Shown piece by piece: positions 18,295-27,694 of a DNA stretch of 64,000 bases. Source of the DNA: an uncultured delta proteobacterium (GTDB taxonomy: Bacteria > Desulfobacterota > WTBG01); contig CAWCBP010000001.1 of NCBI GenBank assembly GCA_963793865.1, positions 288,001 to 352,000 on the forward strand, given 5' to 3'. Within the stretch, counting starts at the first letter, position 1; each line of letters begins with the position of its first letter. Under the pieces are notes generated by a model. It worked only from the letters and a program-made list of their open reading frames with translations, was not told the DNA's origin and searched no databases. The position numbers were made by a program, and so were the translations under genes.

Positions 18295-18504
18295 CTATTT
18301 GTTTTTTGAGAAAGTTGCAGCAGGGTCACTGCAGCCATCAAGATGCGATTTTAAACGGTCTTCTTCTGAGCCGGTGAGTTTCCGGTAGATATTCTTTTTT
18401 ATGAACTGGTATGCCCCTTCCCGGTCCTCATCGGTAATAATCCGCTCCAATTCCATCACTTCCTGTGGTTCTAAGACCAGGGCTTTCTTCTCTATCTTGA
18501 GCAT
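18295..18504 (-). CDS. Small hypothetical protein
   Basis: 69-aa ORF in operon orientation with an AAGGAAG RBS-like sequence upstream. Confidence 0.6.
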   Translation of the reverse strand: MLKIEKKALVLEPQEVMELERIITDEDREGAYQFIKKNIYRKLTGSEEDRLKSHLDGCSDPAATFSKNK

Positions 18505-18528
18505 TCCCGCTTCCTTTTATAATAATGC

Positions 18529-19014
18529 TTACTTTGCTGCCGTCTCAATCCACCTTTTTATCTCGTTCTTCACGGGAACCTTCCCCACCGACTTCACCTC
18601 CCCGTTGATAATCAGTGCGGGGGTACCGAAGACCCCATAGTCCTTGAACTTTGCAACATCTCGCACATGCTCAAAATCAGCCGGCAGGTTAAGCTCGACA
18701 AGCACACCCATTACTTCACGTTCCAGCTTTTCACACTGCATACACCCGGAACCTAAAATCCTTACCTCCAGGGTTTTTTTTCGCTCCACCGTCATACCCA
18801 GAAACCTTTTATATTCATCCGCCAGTGCAGCCGCATATTCATTTTCAGCCGATGGAGGAATATAATTATTCTTCTTAACCCGGGCAATGAGCTCATCCTT
18901 TACCTGTTCATCAGACTGTGCTCCCTGGGCCTTTACCTCTTCAAATGACGTTTGCAAACCCATAATGCCCACTCGCTGCCCGCCTACACATACCATTTTC
19001 ACATCATCAGACAT
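18529..19014 (-). CDS. Thioredoxin-family protein (N-terminal extension plus MTH895-type domain)
   Basis: VRILGSGCMQC and YGVFGTPALIINGEVKSVGKVP. Confidence 0.85.
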   Translation of the reverse strand: MSDDVKMVCVGGQRVGIMGLQTSFEEVKAQGAQSDEQVKDELIARVKKNNYIPPSAENEYAAALADEYKRFLGMTVERKKTLEVRILGSGCMQCEKLEREVMGVLVELNLPADFEHVRDVAKFKDYGVFGTPALIINGEVKSVGKVPVKNEIKRWIETAAK

Positions 19015-19056
19015 GACGCGTCACCTCACTCCTACGAAAACGACATGTACCGGCAC

Positions 19057-19755
19057 TTACGAAAACGGATTGAAGTGGAAGATATGGGCGGAGATGTAGT
19101 AAATCCCCACCAGGATGAAAACGATGCCGGTTACCCTTTTCATCCAGTATTCCAGCACTCTCACCTGCCTGAAAATCTTCTCTAAATTGGTAACCCCAAA
19201 AGCGAGCACTACTGCAAATCCTAAAACAGGAAGACCTGTACCCATTCCATACAAGGAGGGCATAACAACTTGTGAGCTGTTTTTCAAAGCGAGCGGTAGC
19301 AGGCTCCCAAAGAAAATCGCTGCCGATATGGGACAGAAAGAGAGGGCAAAAAGGACTCCTAAAAGGAGGGAGCCGAAGGCGCCAAAATCCTTAACCCGCT
19401 CCGCGGTTTTTACTGAAACCGATGAGCTCAAAAAAGGCATATTTACCACTCCCAGCAGCAGCAACCCGGTAATAATAAGTACCGGACCGAGTATCTTGTT
19501 CAGGTAGTGCTGGAGAAAATAGGAAGTCTGGGGGATGCTCAAAAGCGAAGAGGTAATCAAAACCCCCAGCGCCGTGTACCCAATGACCCTTCCCAGGGTA
19601 TAGAACACCCCCGAGTTAAAAACATATAAGGGATGCTCTATCTTTTTAACGATAAAAGAAACAGCCGCAATATTTGAGGCGAGCGGACAGGGGCTGATGG
19701 AGGTGAGGATGCCCAACCACAATGCTGAGAGCAGCGGAAATCCCGAAATTTCCAT
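19057..19755 (-). CDS. arsG: ArsG-family / DsbD-like membrane protein (aromatic aminoarsenical efflux permease family)
   Basis: LGILTSISPCPLASNIAA and FALSFCP.SA.IFFG; multi-TM; follows arsE/arsF-like genes. Confidence 0.72.
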   Translation of the reverse strand: MEISGFPLLSALWLGILTSISPCPLASNIAAVSFIVKKIEHPLYVFNSGVFYTLGRVIGYTALGVLITSSLLSIPQTSYFLQHYLNKILGPVLIITGLLLLGVVNMPFLSSSVSVKTAERVKDFGAFGSLLLGVLFALSFCPISAAIFFGSLLPLALKNSSQVVMPSLYGMGTGLPVLGFAVVLAFGVTNLEKIFRQVRVLEYWMKRVTGIVFILVGIYYISAHIFHFNPFS

Positions 19756-20213
19756 CAGGTTGACTCCATATATTTCTGGATTTCAGTTTTTACATAGTAA
19801 TAAAATGCCTCCTGGTCATCCAGATTATTCCACACCTCAGCAAGATTTTTCCATCTGACCTGGGTGGTGCCTTTAAATTCGGCAATAACCAGCGATCTGG
19901 TATAGAGCTGGTAGTCATTGATGAAATGCTTATTCTCGGGACGATCCATATTGATAACTTTAAATACCAGCTCCCCGGTTTTGAGCTGATCCGCAAAGTA
20001 TTTTTCTACTGCCTCACGGGAGTACTGCTCGATCTTTTTGCAACTATCACAGCGGAAATCACCGTGAAAATAGAAGGCAACAAGTTTCCTGGGGGCATCG
20101 GTTATTGCTGCTACGGTGGCTTTGCCCTTTTCAGGCTGCGCAGTCACTGAATCTGTGATTAAACCGCTGACCAGGAGTGCACAAACGGCTAAACATATTG
20201 TTTTATTGCTCAT
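19755..20213 (-). CDS. arsF: ArsF-family exported thioredoxin-like protein
   Basis: Signal peptide and YFHGDFRCDSCKKIE motif. Confidence 0.7.
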   Translation of the reverse strand: MSNKTICLAVCALLVSGLITDSVTAQPEKGKATVAAITDAPRKLVAFYFHGDFRCDSCKKIEQYSREAVEKYFADQLKTGELVFKVINMDRPENKHFINDYQLYTRSLVIAEFKGTTQVRWKNLAEVWNNLDDQEAFYYYVKTEIQKYMEST

Positions 20214-20239
20214 AACAGTCTTTCCTCCTTCTCCTGCAT

Positions 20240-20470
20240 TTAGTTAAGAACCTTCTTTATCTCGTCCACACTGAGAACTTTCCCCACCGATTTTACCTCT
20301 CCATCAATCACCAGCGCGGGCGTCATCATAACCCCGGCGTTGATGATTTTTTGGATCTCTTCAACTTTGTTTATCTCTGCCTGCAGGTTAAGTTCTTTCA
20401 CAGCATTTTGGGTATTCTCGTAAAGCTTCTTGCATTTAGCACAGCCAGGCCCCAAAACCTCAATTTTCAT
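20240..20470 (-). CDS. Small redox-active disulfide protein (MTH895/ArsE family)
   Basis: MKIEVLGPGCAKC...GVMMTPALVIDG; AAGGAG RBS before the ATG at 20470. Confidence 0.88.
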   Translation of the reverse strand: MKIEVLGPGCAKCKKLYENTQNAVKELNLQAEINKVEEIQKIINAGVMMTPALVIDGEVKSVGKVLSVDEIKKVLN

Positions 20471-20557
20471 AAATAGCTCCTTAAAAGCAGTTTTCAGTTG
20501 GAAGTAGCCAGTTGTCAGCAATACGAATGGCGTTTTACACAAATCAGGCGAACCAAC

Positions 20558-20962
20558 TCACGTTTGGATGCCTGAAGCCTTCCGCATGGCTGCCTTGATA
20601 TCCTCCTTGTCGGGAACATAGCCCATAAAGGCTACTTTTCCATCAAGGATGAGGACCGGGGTCATGAGCCAGCCATTCTCTTCTGCTTTTCGTGCGCAGG
20701 GCATCATTATCTCATCCAGTTCCTTTGACCATCCTTCGGTAATAATGTCCCGCAATTTGCTCCAGTCGATTTCGATGCCTGCCCACTCTGCAACATCATG
20801 AGCAGTTCCCACCTTCCCGTATTGTTGTGACTCATCCATGTCATAGGCAAGTTTTTTCATTTCAACCGGAATCCCCAGTTCCCCAGCCGCCTCGTGTGCC
20901 AGATCATACATCCGCTGGCAGCGCGGGCAGGGCGGAACCACCCCCAGCACTGTAATTTTCAT
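20558..20962 (-). CDS. Thioredoxin-family protein (CPRC) with internal insertion
   Basis: VLGVVPPCPRC and MTPVLILDGKV..G.VP; GAGGAGG RBS. Confidence 0.8.
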   Translation of the reverse strand: MKITVLGVVPPCPRCQRMYDLAHEAAGELGIPVEMKKLAYDMDESQQYGKVGTAHDVAEWAGIEIDWSKLRDIITEGWSKELDEIMMPCARKAEENGWLMTPVLILDGKVAFMGYVPDKEDIKAAMRKASGIQT

Positions 20963-20990
20963 AGCATAACCTCCTCGTGTCGATTCACGA

Positions 20991-21401
20991 TTAATGAGAA
21001 GAAAAAGAAAGAATATATTCTTTCAATTCATCTCTCACCTTTCGAAATACTGCCAGCCTTTCCTCCCTGCTCCCTTCCGCGGCGGCGGGATCAGCAAAAC
21101 CCTTGTGCATCCGCGTTCCCTCTCCCGGAAACAGAGGGCAGGTTTTTGCCGCATCATCACAGAGAGTCACAATGTAATCGAACGCCTCCTCTCCATACTC
21201 ATCCAGATGCTTGGATCGCTGCCGGGAGATGTCAATGCCAATCTCCTTCATAACCTCTACTGCCAGTGAATTCACCCCTTTCGGTTCACTCCCGGCAGAA
21301 TACACTTCAAACTCCCTGTTTCTGAGATGTCTCATTAAGCCTTCAGCCATCTGGCTGCGGGCTGAATTGCCGGTACATAAAAAAAGAATCTTTTTTTTCA
21401 T
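20991..21401 (-). CDS. arsC: Thioredoxin-dependent arsenate reductase (LMW-PTP fold)
   Basis: CTGNSARSQMAEG P-loop, TLCDDAAKTCP, DPA, FRKVRDE. Confidence 0.92.
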   Translation of the reverse strand: MKKKILFLCTGNSARSQMAEGLMRHLRNREFEVYSAGSEPKGVNSLAVEVMKEIGIDISRQRSKHLDEYGEEAFDYIVTLCDDAAKTCPLFPGEGTRMHKGFADPAAAEGSREERLAVFRKVRDELKEYILSFSSH

Positions 21402-21468
21402 ATGGTCTGTTCAGAAGGTTCCGTGATGGTTCGGTAACAGCACGGTATCCAGGCAGGCATTGATTACG

Positions 21469-22289
21469 CTACGCATCTTTGGACGGCTTTTCGCCATAGA
21501 CGGTTATGGATAAAATCTGGACACCGGATTGCTTATAGTCATTTATTTCATCCTGAGAAAGATACTTTAATAAAACAACATCGGGCATGGCATATACTTT
21601 TTCTTTGGTTATGGAAACGCCGGCAAATCCCGCATCGGCAATAATGTGCAGGTAGGTGTCTTTGTTGAGCGCGCCGGCCACGCAGCCCGCATACATCTCT
21701 GCTGCGGATTGTATTTTTGCAGGCAGCGTTCCGGTTATTACTATATCTGAAATACCAAATCGCCCGCCGGGTTTCAATACGCGATAAATTTCCTGAAATG
21801 CTTTGAGCTTATCAGGCACCAGGTTTATGACGCAGTTGCTGACAACCACATCCGCGGTATTATCAGCAACCGGCAGCTGTTCTATATCGCCAAGCCTGAA
21901 CTCAGACATTGGTATACCCAAGCTTTTCAGCATTCTGTTGCGCTTTCTCAATCATGGCTTCCGTCATGTCAATGCCAATGACTGTGCCGGTTGCTGCCGA
22001 CAAGCCTTTGCGCAATAAAAACGTCATTGCCTGCCCCCGATCCAAGATCGACAACCGTTTCACCGGGCTTAATATTGACTGTATCGGTGGGTATGCCGCA
22101 TCCCAGCCCCAGGTCGGCATCCTTAACGTAGCCGTCTTTCTTTGAATAGTCCGGGCTGAAGGTTGTGTAAATATCTGCATTCGAAGCGCCTGAGCAGCAA
22201 CAGGAGCATGAACAACCCTCCTCCGATTTCTTTGCGATCTCAGCGTACTTTTCTTTAACGATGTTTTTGATTTTGTCTTTACTGTCCAT
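21469..22289 (-). pseudogene. arsM: Arsenite methyltransferase split by two +1 frameshifts (about 21995 and 21904); pseudogene or sequencing error
   Basis: Three frames give GLGCGIP/VVDLGSGAGND, then VIGIDMT.AMIEKA, then SNCVINL/YAGCVAGA. Confidence 0.85.
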
Positions 22290-22334
22290 GTATCTCTCCC
22301 ATTAAACGTTTAAACGAAACTATGAAACTATGAT

Positions 22335-23120
22335 TCATGCCCGATGATCGTCATGACAATCGAGGCATTGCATTTTAGAAATGGTATCGTCCTTTTCTGT
22401 CTTGGGGCCGAAATGACATCCCAAACAGTCGTTTATAGAGTCAGGAATAAGCGCTGTCGGCCTGTATTCACCCCGATGAGCACGGTTAAGGATTTCCGCC
22501 ACATATGCCGCTGTATCGCCCGCTAGTTTTGCGCAGCGCTCAAAACGTTCAGGGGTATGTACACCCTTGCCCGATGACTTTATCCACGCGCCAACCGACT
22601 GATGGCATAGCGGTGATCCCGGCACTGCCAGCGGCTGATTGCGGAATCGACAGTATTGCTCGTGATACAGGGAGGGGAAAGGTGTCTTCATATACCAGGT
22701 CATTAGGTCATCCGCAGCCAGAGGAGAGTCTCCGAGGGCCAGTGTCATCACCAACAAGCCGCCGTTAAGTGCACCACACAAAGTGCCCCATGAGTAAGCT
22801 CCGCCTCGTCCGTACGAGAAGGCATCAAGCGGTAAGGTACTCCACGGATACGGGTTCTGTTCGGCCGCGGTGACTGCAATTGCTTTTACTACACCGTACA
22901 TGCAGGCTTTTTCATATTTGTACTCGTACCCGCGCCTTCGCACAGCCTCGACATCAAACTCCGCATAGGGCCAGGGCATTGCAGCCGTTGAAACGGATGG
23001 TTTAGACTTCTGTAGCACACTGCATCCTACCGCTCCGGCTGTCGCAGTTACAATGGCCAGACCGGCACCAAGACATTCCCTCCGTGACATGTTAGTTTCC
23101 AATGGAATCTCTCTATTCAT
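22335..23120 (-). CDS. Tat-exported C-GCAxxG-C-C family / split-Soret cytochrome c-like diheme protein
   Basis: SRRECLGAG Tat motif, CMYG, WGTLCGALNG, SPLCHQSV, ERCAKL, two CxxCH (CLGCH, CLDCH). Confidence 0.78.
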   Translation of the reverse strand: MNREIPLETNMSRRECLGAGLAIVTATAGAVGCSVLQKSKPSVSTAAMPWPYAEFDVEAVRRRGYEYKYEKACMYGVVKAIAVTAAEQNPYPWSTLPLDAFSYGRGGAYSWGTLCGALNGGLLVMTLALGDSPLAADDLMTWYMKTPFPSLYHEQYCRFRNQPLAVPGSPLCHQSVGAWIKSSGKGVHTPERFERCAKLAGDTAAYVAEILNRAHRGEYRPTALIPDSINDCLGCHFGPKTEKDDTISKMQCLDCHDDHRA

Positions 23121-23256
23121 CTCTTGCCTTCTATCCCTTGTGCGTTGGTGTTTGATTGTATAGTTGATAATTTGCCAAGATGCAACGGCGTTACCGCCTT
23201 TGCTAGTGCGGACGATGTATCTAAATTGATTCAATCAGGTACTAAAAAACCACTAA

Positions 23257-24345
23257 TCATTTACAGTCAATTTGGCAAACCCCAACCGGGGTTTCCGGTG
23301 TAAGCGGAAAATATTTTTCCTTAAACCTGAGCGCAACATTTACAAGGCTGATGAGCACCGGCACCTCCACCAAGGGGCCGATAACTGCGGCGAAAGCCTG
23401 ACCTGAATTGATCCCAAACACCGCAACAGCAACCGCAATAGCCAGCTCAAAATTATTACTGGCAGCGGTAAAGGAAAGGGTTGCGCTCTGAGCATAGGTG
23501 GCGCCAACCTTTTTGCTCATATAGAATGACACCAGAAACATGATGACAAAATAAATAAGCAGCGGGATGGCAATCCTGACCACATCAAGAGGAATCTTTA
23601 CAATATATTCTCCCTTCAACGAGAACATCACCAGGATGGTAAAGAGCAGGGCAATCAGCGTAATCGGGCTTATTTTCGGGATAAACTTTTCATGATACCA
23701 TTTCTTGTTTTTTACGTTGATTAGCACGAAGCGGGTAATTACTCCGGCAATAAAAGGAATGCCCAGATAGATAAAAACACTTTCTGCGATTTGGCCGATG
23801 GTAATGTCTACTGCAACACCCGAAAGTCCAAGCAGGGGGGGCAGTATGGTGATAAAAATCCAGGCATACACTGAAAAGAAGAGCACTTGAAATATCGAGT
23901 TAAACGCAACCAGTCCGGCGCAATACTCTGTATCGCCTTTGGCAAGATCATTCCAGACAATGACCATGGCAATACAGCGCGCAAGCCCTATCATAATCAA
24001 GCCTTGCATGTAGGCGGGATAACCGCTAAGAAATAGTATTGCAAGAACGAACATTAATATCGGGCCGATGACCCAGTTCTGGACCAGGGAGAGACCCAGC
24101 ACCTTATAATTTCTGAACACCTCACCCAGTTCCTCATATTTTACTTTTGCAAGGGGCGGGTACATCATGAGAATGAGCCCGATGGCAATTGGGATGTTGG
24201 TTGTGCCTGACTGGAACTGATTCCAAAAATTGACCACACCCGGGAAAAGGTATCCCCATCCCACACCTATAGCCATGGCCAGAAAAATCCAGAGGGTAAG
24301 GTACCTGTCCAGAAACGAGAGTTTCTTCGCAACTGATTCAGTCAT
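23257..24345 (-). CDS. acr3: ACR3-family arsenite efflux transporter
   Basis: [52 protein letters not shown]. Confidence 0.96.
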   Translation of the reverse strand: MTESVAKKLSFLDRYLTLWIFLAMAIGVGWGYLFPGVVNFWNQFQSGTTNIPIAIGLILMMYPPLAKVKYEELGEVFRNYKVLGLSLVQNWVIGPILMFVLAILFLSGYPAYMQGLIMIGLARCIAMVIVWNDLAKGDTEYCAGLVAFNSIFQVLFFSVYAWIFITILPPLLGLSGVAVDITIGQIAESVFIYLGIPFIAGVITRFVLINVKNKKWYHEKFIPKISPITLIALLFTILVMFSLKGEYIVKIPLDVVRIAIPLLIYFVIMFLVSFYMSKKVGATYAQSATLSFTAASNNFELAIAVAVAVFGINSGQAFAAVIGPLVEVPVLISLVNVALRFKEKYFPLTPETPVGVCQIDCK

Positions 24346-24382
24346 TTTCTATCCTCCTTGAAAAAAGATATGTTGCTGTCCC

Positions 24383-25687
24383 TCACACACTATACCCGAA
24401 AATAGTCCCGGTAACCGTGGCCATCATCACCACCAGTAAAATAAAGACAAGGGCTTTTTTAGTACCCATAATACTTCTGATGACCAGCATGCTGGGAAGA
24501 GAAAGCGCGGGGCCCGCCAAAAGCAGGGCAAGGGCCGGGCCTTTTGACATACCCAGCTTCATGAGCATTTCCGTAATGGGAACTTCGGTCAGGGTAGCAA
24601 AATAGAAGAACGCCCCTACGACCGATGCAATAAAGTTTGAAGCAAGGCTGTTATCTCCCACCAGCAGGGCAACCTGCTTCTCAGGAATAAAGACGGTAAT
24701 AAATCCCACCAAAAACACCCCTCCATAGAGCAGTGGAACCAGCATTTTGGTAAAATCCCAGGTAGCCGACATCCATTGAAGAATCTCTTCGCGGGGAAAC
24801 CACCAATACACCATTGCCAAAATTGCAAGGAACATCGTTCCCGCCAGATACCAGCGGATTTTGTGGATGGACAGGGTAAGGCTCGGCACCGGTTCGATGG
24901 CCTTAATCTCTGAGCGGTCGTACGTTTTGACCTCCTGCATTGTCTCTCCGCCCTCATCATATAATTGCAGGGTGAGATTGTCCTTTGTCTCGTAGCGCAC
25001 GTGCACCTTCATTTCGGTACCATCCTGCAGGGTCACGGTAGCGGTACCGGGATTAAACCAGTCACTGAAAACCAGAAATAAAATCATGCATAAAAAGTAG
25101 AGAGACGTTTTCCAAAGAGGGCGTCCGCTTGCGGGGGATTCAGGCATACGCAATGCAGCTTCTGACTTTTCTTTCTCTTCCCTCCTGAAAATCAACGCCA
25201 TGAGAATACCTATAACCACGGCAAAGGCAATCGCTCCCACAGCGCGGGCCACCCCAATGTCCATTCCCAGAACCCGGGCGCTTAAAAATATCGCCAGCAC
25301 GTTAATCGCCGGTCCTGAATAGAGAAAAGCGGTGGCGGGGCCAAGGCCGGCACCCAGGCTGTATATCCCGGCAAACATGGGAAGCACACTGCACGAACAT
25401 ACCGCCAGCACGCAGCCGGACACCGAGGCGACGCTGTATGCCAAAAGCTTATTTGCCTTCGGCCCCAGATAGCGCATCACCGACGCCTGGGAGAGAAAGG
25501 TGGTAATCGCCCCGGCAATAAACAGCGCCGGCACAACGCAGGCGAGCGTGTGCTCCCGCGCATACCACTGGAGCAGCCTGAATGCCTCGTAGATTGCCTC
25601 CTTTACTTTCGGGCTGCCCAGGGGCAACAGGTATGCAATCAAGAACAGTCCGATAATCAAGCTGAACTTCTTCCACTCTTCCTTCAT
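24383..25687 (-). CDS. ArsP/DUF318-family permease
   Basis: LAVCSCSVLPMF, FLYSGPAIN, YFATLTEVPI, GPALALLLAGPALSLP. Confidence 0.88.
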   Translation of the reverse strand: MKEEWKKFSLIIGLFLIAYLLPLGSPKVKEAIYEAFRLLQWYAREHTLACVVPALFIAGAITTFLSQASVMRYLGPKANKLLAYSVASVSGCVLAVCSCSVLPMFAGIYSLGAGLGPATAFLYSGPAINVLAIFLSARVLGMDIGVARAVGAIAFAVVIGILMALIFRREEKEKSEAALRMPESPASGRPLWKTSLYFLCMILFLVFSDWFNPGTATVTLQDGTEMKVHVRYETKDNLTLQLYDEGGETMQEVKTYDRSEIKAIEPVPSLTLSIHKIRWYLAGTMFLAILAMVYWWFPREEILQWMSATWDFTKMLVPLLYGGVFLVGFITVFIPEKQVALLVGDNSLASNFIASVVGAFFYFATLTEVPITEMLMKLGMSKGPALALLLAGPALSLPSMLVIRSIMGTKKALVFILLVVMMATVTGTIFGYSV

Positions 25688-26079
25688 ACTCTTTTTTCTC
25701 GTGTATTGTTTTTCTCACCTCTTGGTATCGGGCCAACCTTTGCGCACAACTCTTCCCTTTTGAGGGTCTCTGTTTTTTTAAGCATTTTTTTTATGCCTTC
25801 GTCATCATTGATCCACTCTTTTAACCGGCCCTGGAGTACCGGCGCATACTTGTTTACCTTTTCTCTGCAGAGCATATAGTTGGTCCACATGCCGTCCCGC
25901 TCATCCTCGATCAGGCCCGCGTCCTTCATCAGGCTAAGATGCCTGGAAACACTTGGCATGGTAATACCTAACGCCGCCGCTAATTCACATACACACATCT
26001 TCTTATGCTGCAACATTTTAAAAATTTTGAGGCGGTTTTGATCCGCAACCGCCTTTAATACCTTAACCAGTTCTCGCAT
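25684..26079 (-). CDS. arsR: ArsR/SmtB transcriptional repressor
   Basis: CVCEL As(III)-binding motif, SVSRHL, GLI...RDG.W..Y. Confidence 0.93.
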   Translation of the reverse strand: MRELVKVLKAVADQNRLKIFKMLQHKKMCVCELAAALGITMPSVSRHLSLMKDAGLIEDERDGMWTNYMLCREKVNKYAPVLQGRLKEWINDDEGIKKMLKKTETLKREELCAKVGPIPRGEKNNTREKRV

Positions 26080-26099
26080 GGACCTGCCCCTTTAAGCAA

Positions 26100-26152
26100 A
26101 TTACCATTTAGCAATTTTGCTAAATGGTAATATATCAACAAGATATTGTCAA
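26100..26152 (-). promoter_or_regulatory. arsR promoter (TTGACA-17-TACCAT) with 15-2-15 inverted-repeat operator (26100-26131)
   Basis: ATTACCATTTAGCAA-TT-TTGCTAAATGGTAAT overlaps the -10 box, about 20 bp upstream of arsR. Confidence 0.82.
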
Positions 26153-26202
26153 GCGGCAAATTAAAGGACACCTCTAAAATTATGCATCTAAAATCTCTTT
26201 GT

Positions 26203-26970
26203 TCACAAAACTTTTCCTTCAAGCATAACCTGGATTACCTCAGATAGGTATTTAGTCTTTGTGTGAATTGCAATTTTTTCTTTAAATTCTCCCTTCTGTA
26301 GTTTATTTTTGTCTAACTTAACAATGATAGTATATTTTTCTCCTTGTTTATTAGACTCTGCCGTAATCCAATTAGCGCTTGGCTCAATTTTCTCTATGGT
26401 CAATCCATTTTCTCTCATTCCACTGACCGTTATTGTTCTCTCAAGACTATTGGGATCCATAATATCCTTACTGGCATCTATGATGCCGAAATAAAGATAT
26501 TCAGGTGCTAACTTTATCTCCTTTTTATCCACTTTACCTGTTATCATAATTTTAAATTCGGGCACCTTTTGATTATTGGTCTTGAGCAGTACATACCCCA
26601 GAAAAGACTTTTGAATACCCGAGGAAGTCATAATCTCCAAGCTATACACTTTCCCTTTTTCGATGGTTTCAAGCTTGTATTTTATTTTATCATCCATAGT
26701 GGAGGTGATCTGTGTTATCTCCAGTGGCTCTTCATCAAGCGAAGTGATGGTTACTTTATTACTCGCCGTATCTCCATAGTATCCTTGCAGTATCACTCGG
26801 TTACTTGGAAGTATGCTTATATACTGATTTGTATTGCTCTTCTGACCAGAAGAGGCAGCCGCGCCACAGCCGGACTTGCCTCCTCACCCGGCTGTGCATT
26901 GGTATGGAAGTGATAAGGTTAGAAAACAGAGCGCAGCGATAAGATGAAAAACTTTTTTTGCAGAAAACAT
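26203..26970 (-). CDS. Exported Ig-like (DUF1573-related) protein, probable selenoprotein (in-frame TGA at codon 29, 26884-26886)
   Basis: GAGGAGG RBS and ATG at 26970, signal peptide, CTAG-TGA-GGKSGCG in frame with ORF 26203-26796, and a stem-loop directly after the TGA. Confidence 0.68.
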
Positions 26971-27024
26971 TTTTAACCTCCTCGTTTATATTTTCGCTGG
27001 TTAGCCTTTCACAACAAATGACTC

Positions 27025-27693
27025 TTATTGAACAAGTCGCCCTTCATTAAGATGAATTCTCACCGTGCCAAAATCGGCTGCTGCAGGACTATGGGTTACC
27101 ATAATAACGGTAATCCCTTTCTCGACATTGTGAGACTTGAGCAGCCCCAGGATATCCTGGGCCAGCGAGGGGTCAAGATTGCCCGTTGGCTCATCGGCAA
27201 GTATCAATGAGGGGTCATTAGCCATTGCCCGGGCAATAGCAACCCGCTGCTGCTGCCCGGCTGATAATTCCCGGGGAAGATGATTAATTCTGCCATTGAG
27301 CCCAACAGTATCCAAAAGTTGAGCAGCGCGTTCCATTTGGGTATCTTTATCCATTTTCCGGAGCGACAGGGGAATCATCACATTTCGCAGGGCCGAAATG
27401 TAGGGGATGAGACTGAAATTCTGCATCACAAAGCCAATATGTTTTCGGCGGAACCCTGCCAGATCATTATTGGATGAAGAGTACAGCGCGTTGTTTCTAA
27501 AAAATATGTCCCCTGAAGATGGGGATATAAGCCCCCCCAGTGAAAGTAACAGGGTAGACTTTCCCGAACCGGAAGGCCCTGTTATAGTAACAAAGGTGCC
27601 TTCTTTGACAGTAAAGGTAATGTCTTTTAAAGCATCAACCGGTCCATCTGCATGGGAATACTGTTTTGAAAGCCTTTCAACTCGCAGCAGCAC
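27025..27693 (-). CDS. ABC transporter ATP-binding protein (LolD/MacB-like)
   Basis: [37 protein letters not shown]. Confidence 0.93.
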   Translation of the reverse strand: MLLRVERLSKQYSHADGPVDALKDITFTVKEGTFVTITGPSGSGKSTLLLSLGGLISPSSGDIFFRNNALYSSSNNDLAGFRRKHIGFVMQNFSLIPYISALRNVMIPLSLRKMDKDTQMERAAQLLDTVGLNGRINHLPRELSAGQQQRVAIARAMANDPSLILADEPTGNLDPSLAQDILGLLKSHNVEKGITVIMVTHSPAAADFGTVRIHLNEGRLVQ

Positions 27694-27694
27694 G

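Noticed and set aside
20240..20962. Two thioredoxin genes in frame across a single TGA at 20558
   Set aside because: The downstream gene has its own AAGGAG RBS and the spacer contains heptamer repeats; probably coincidence.
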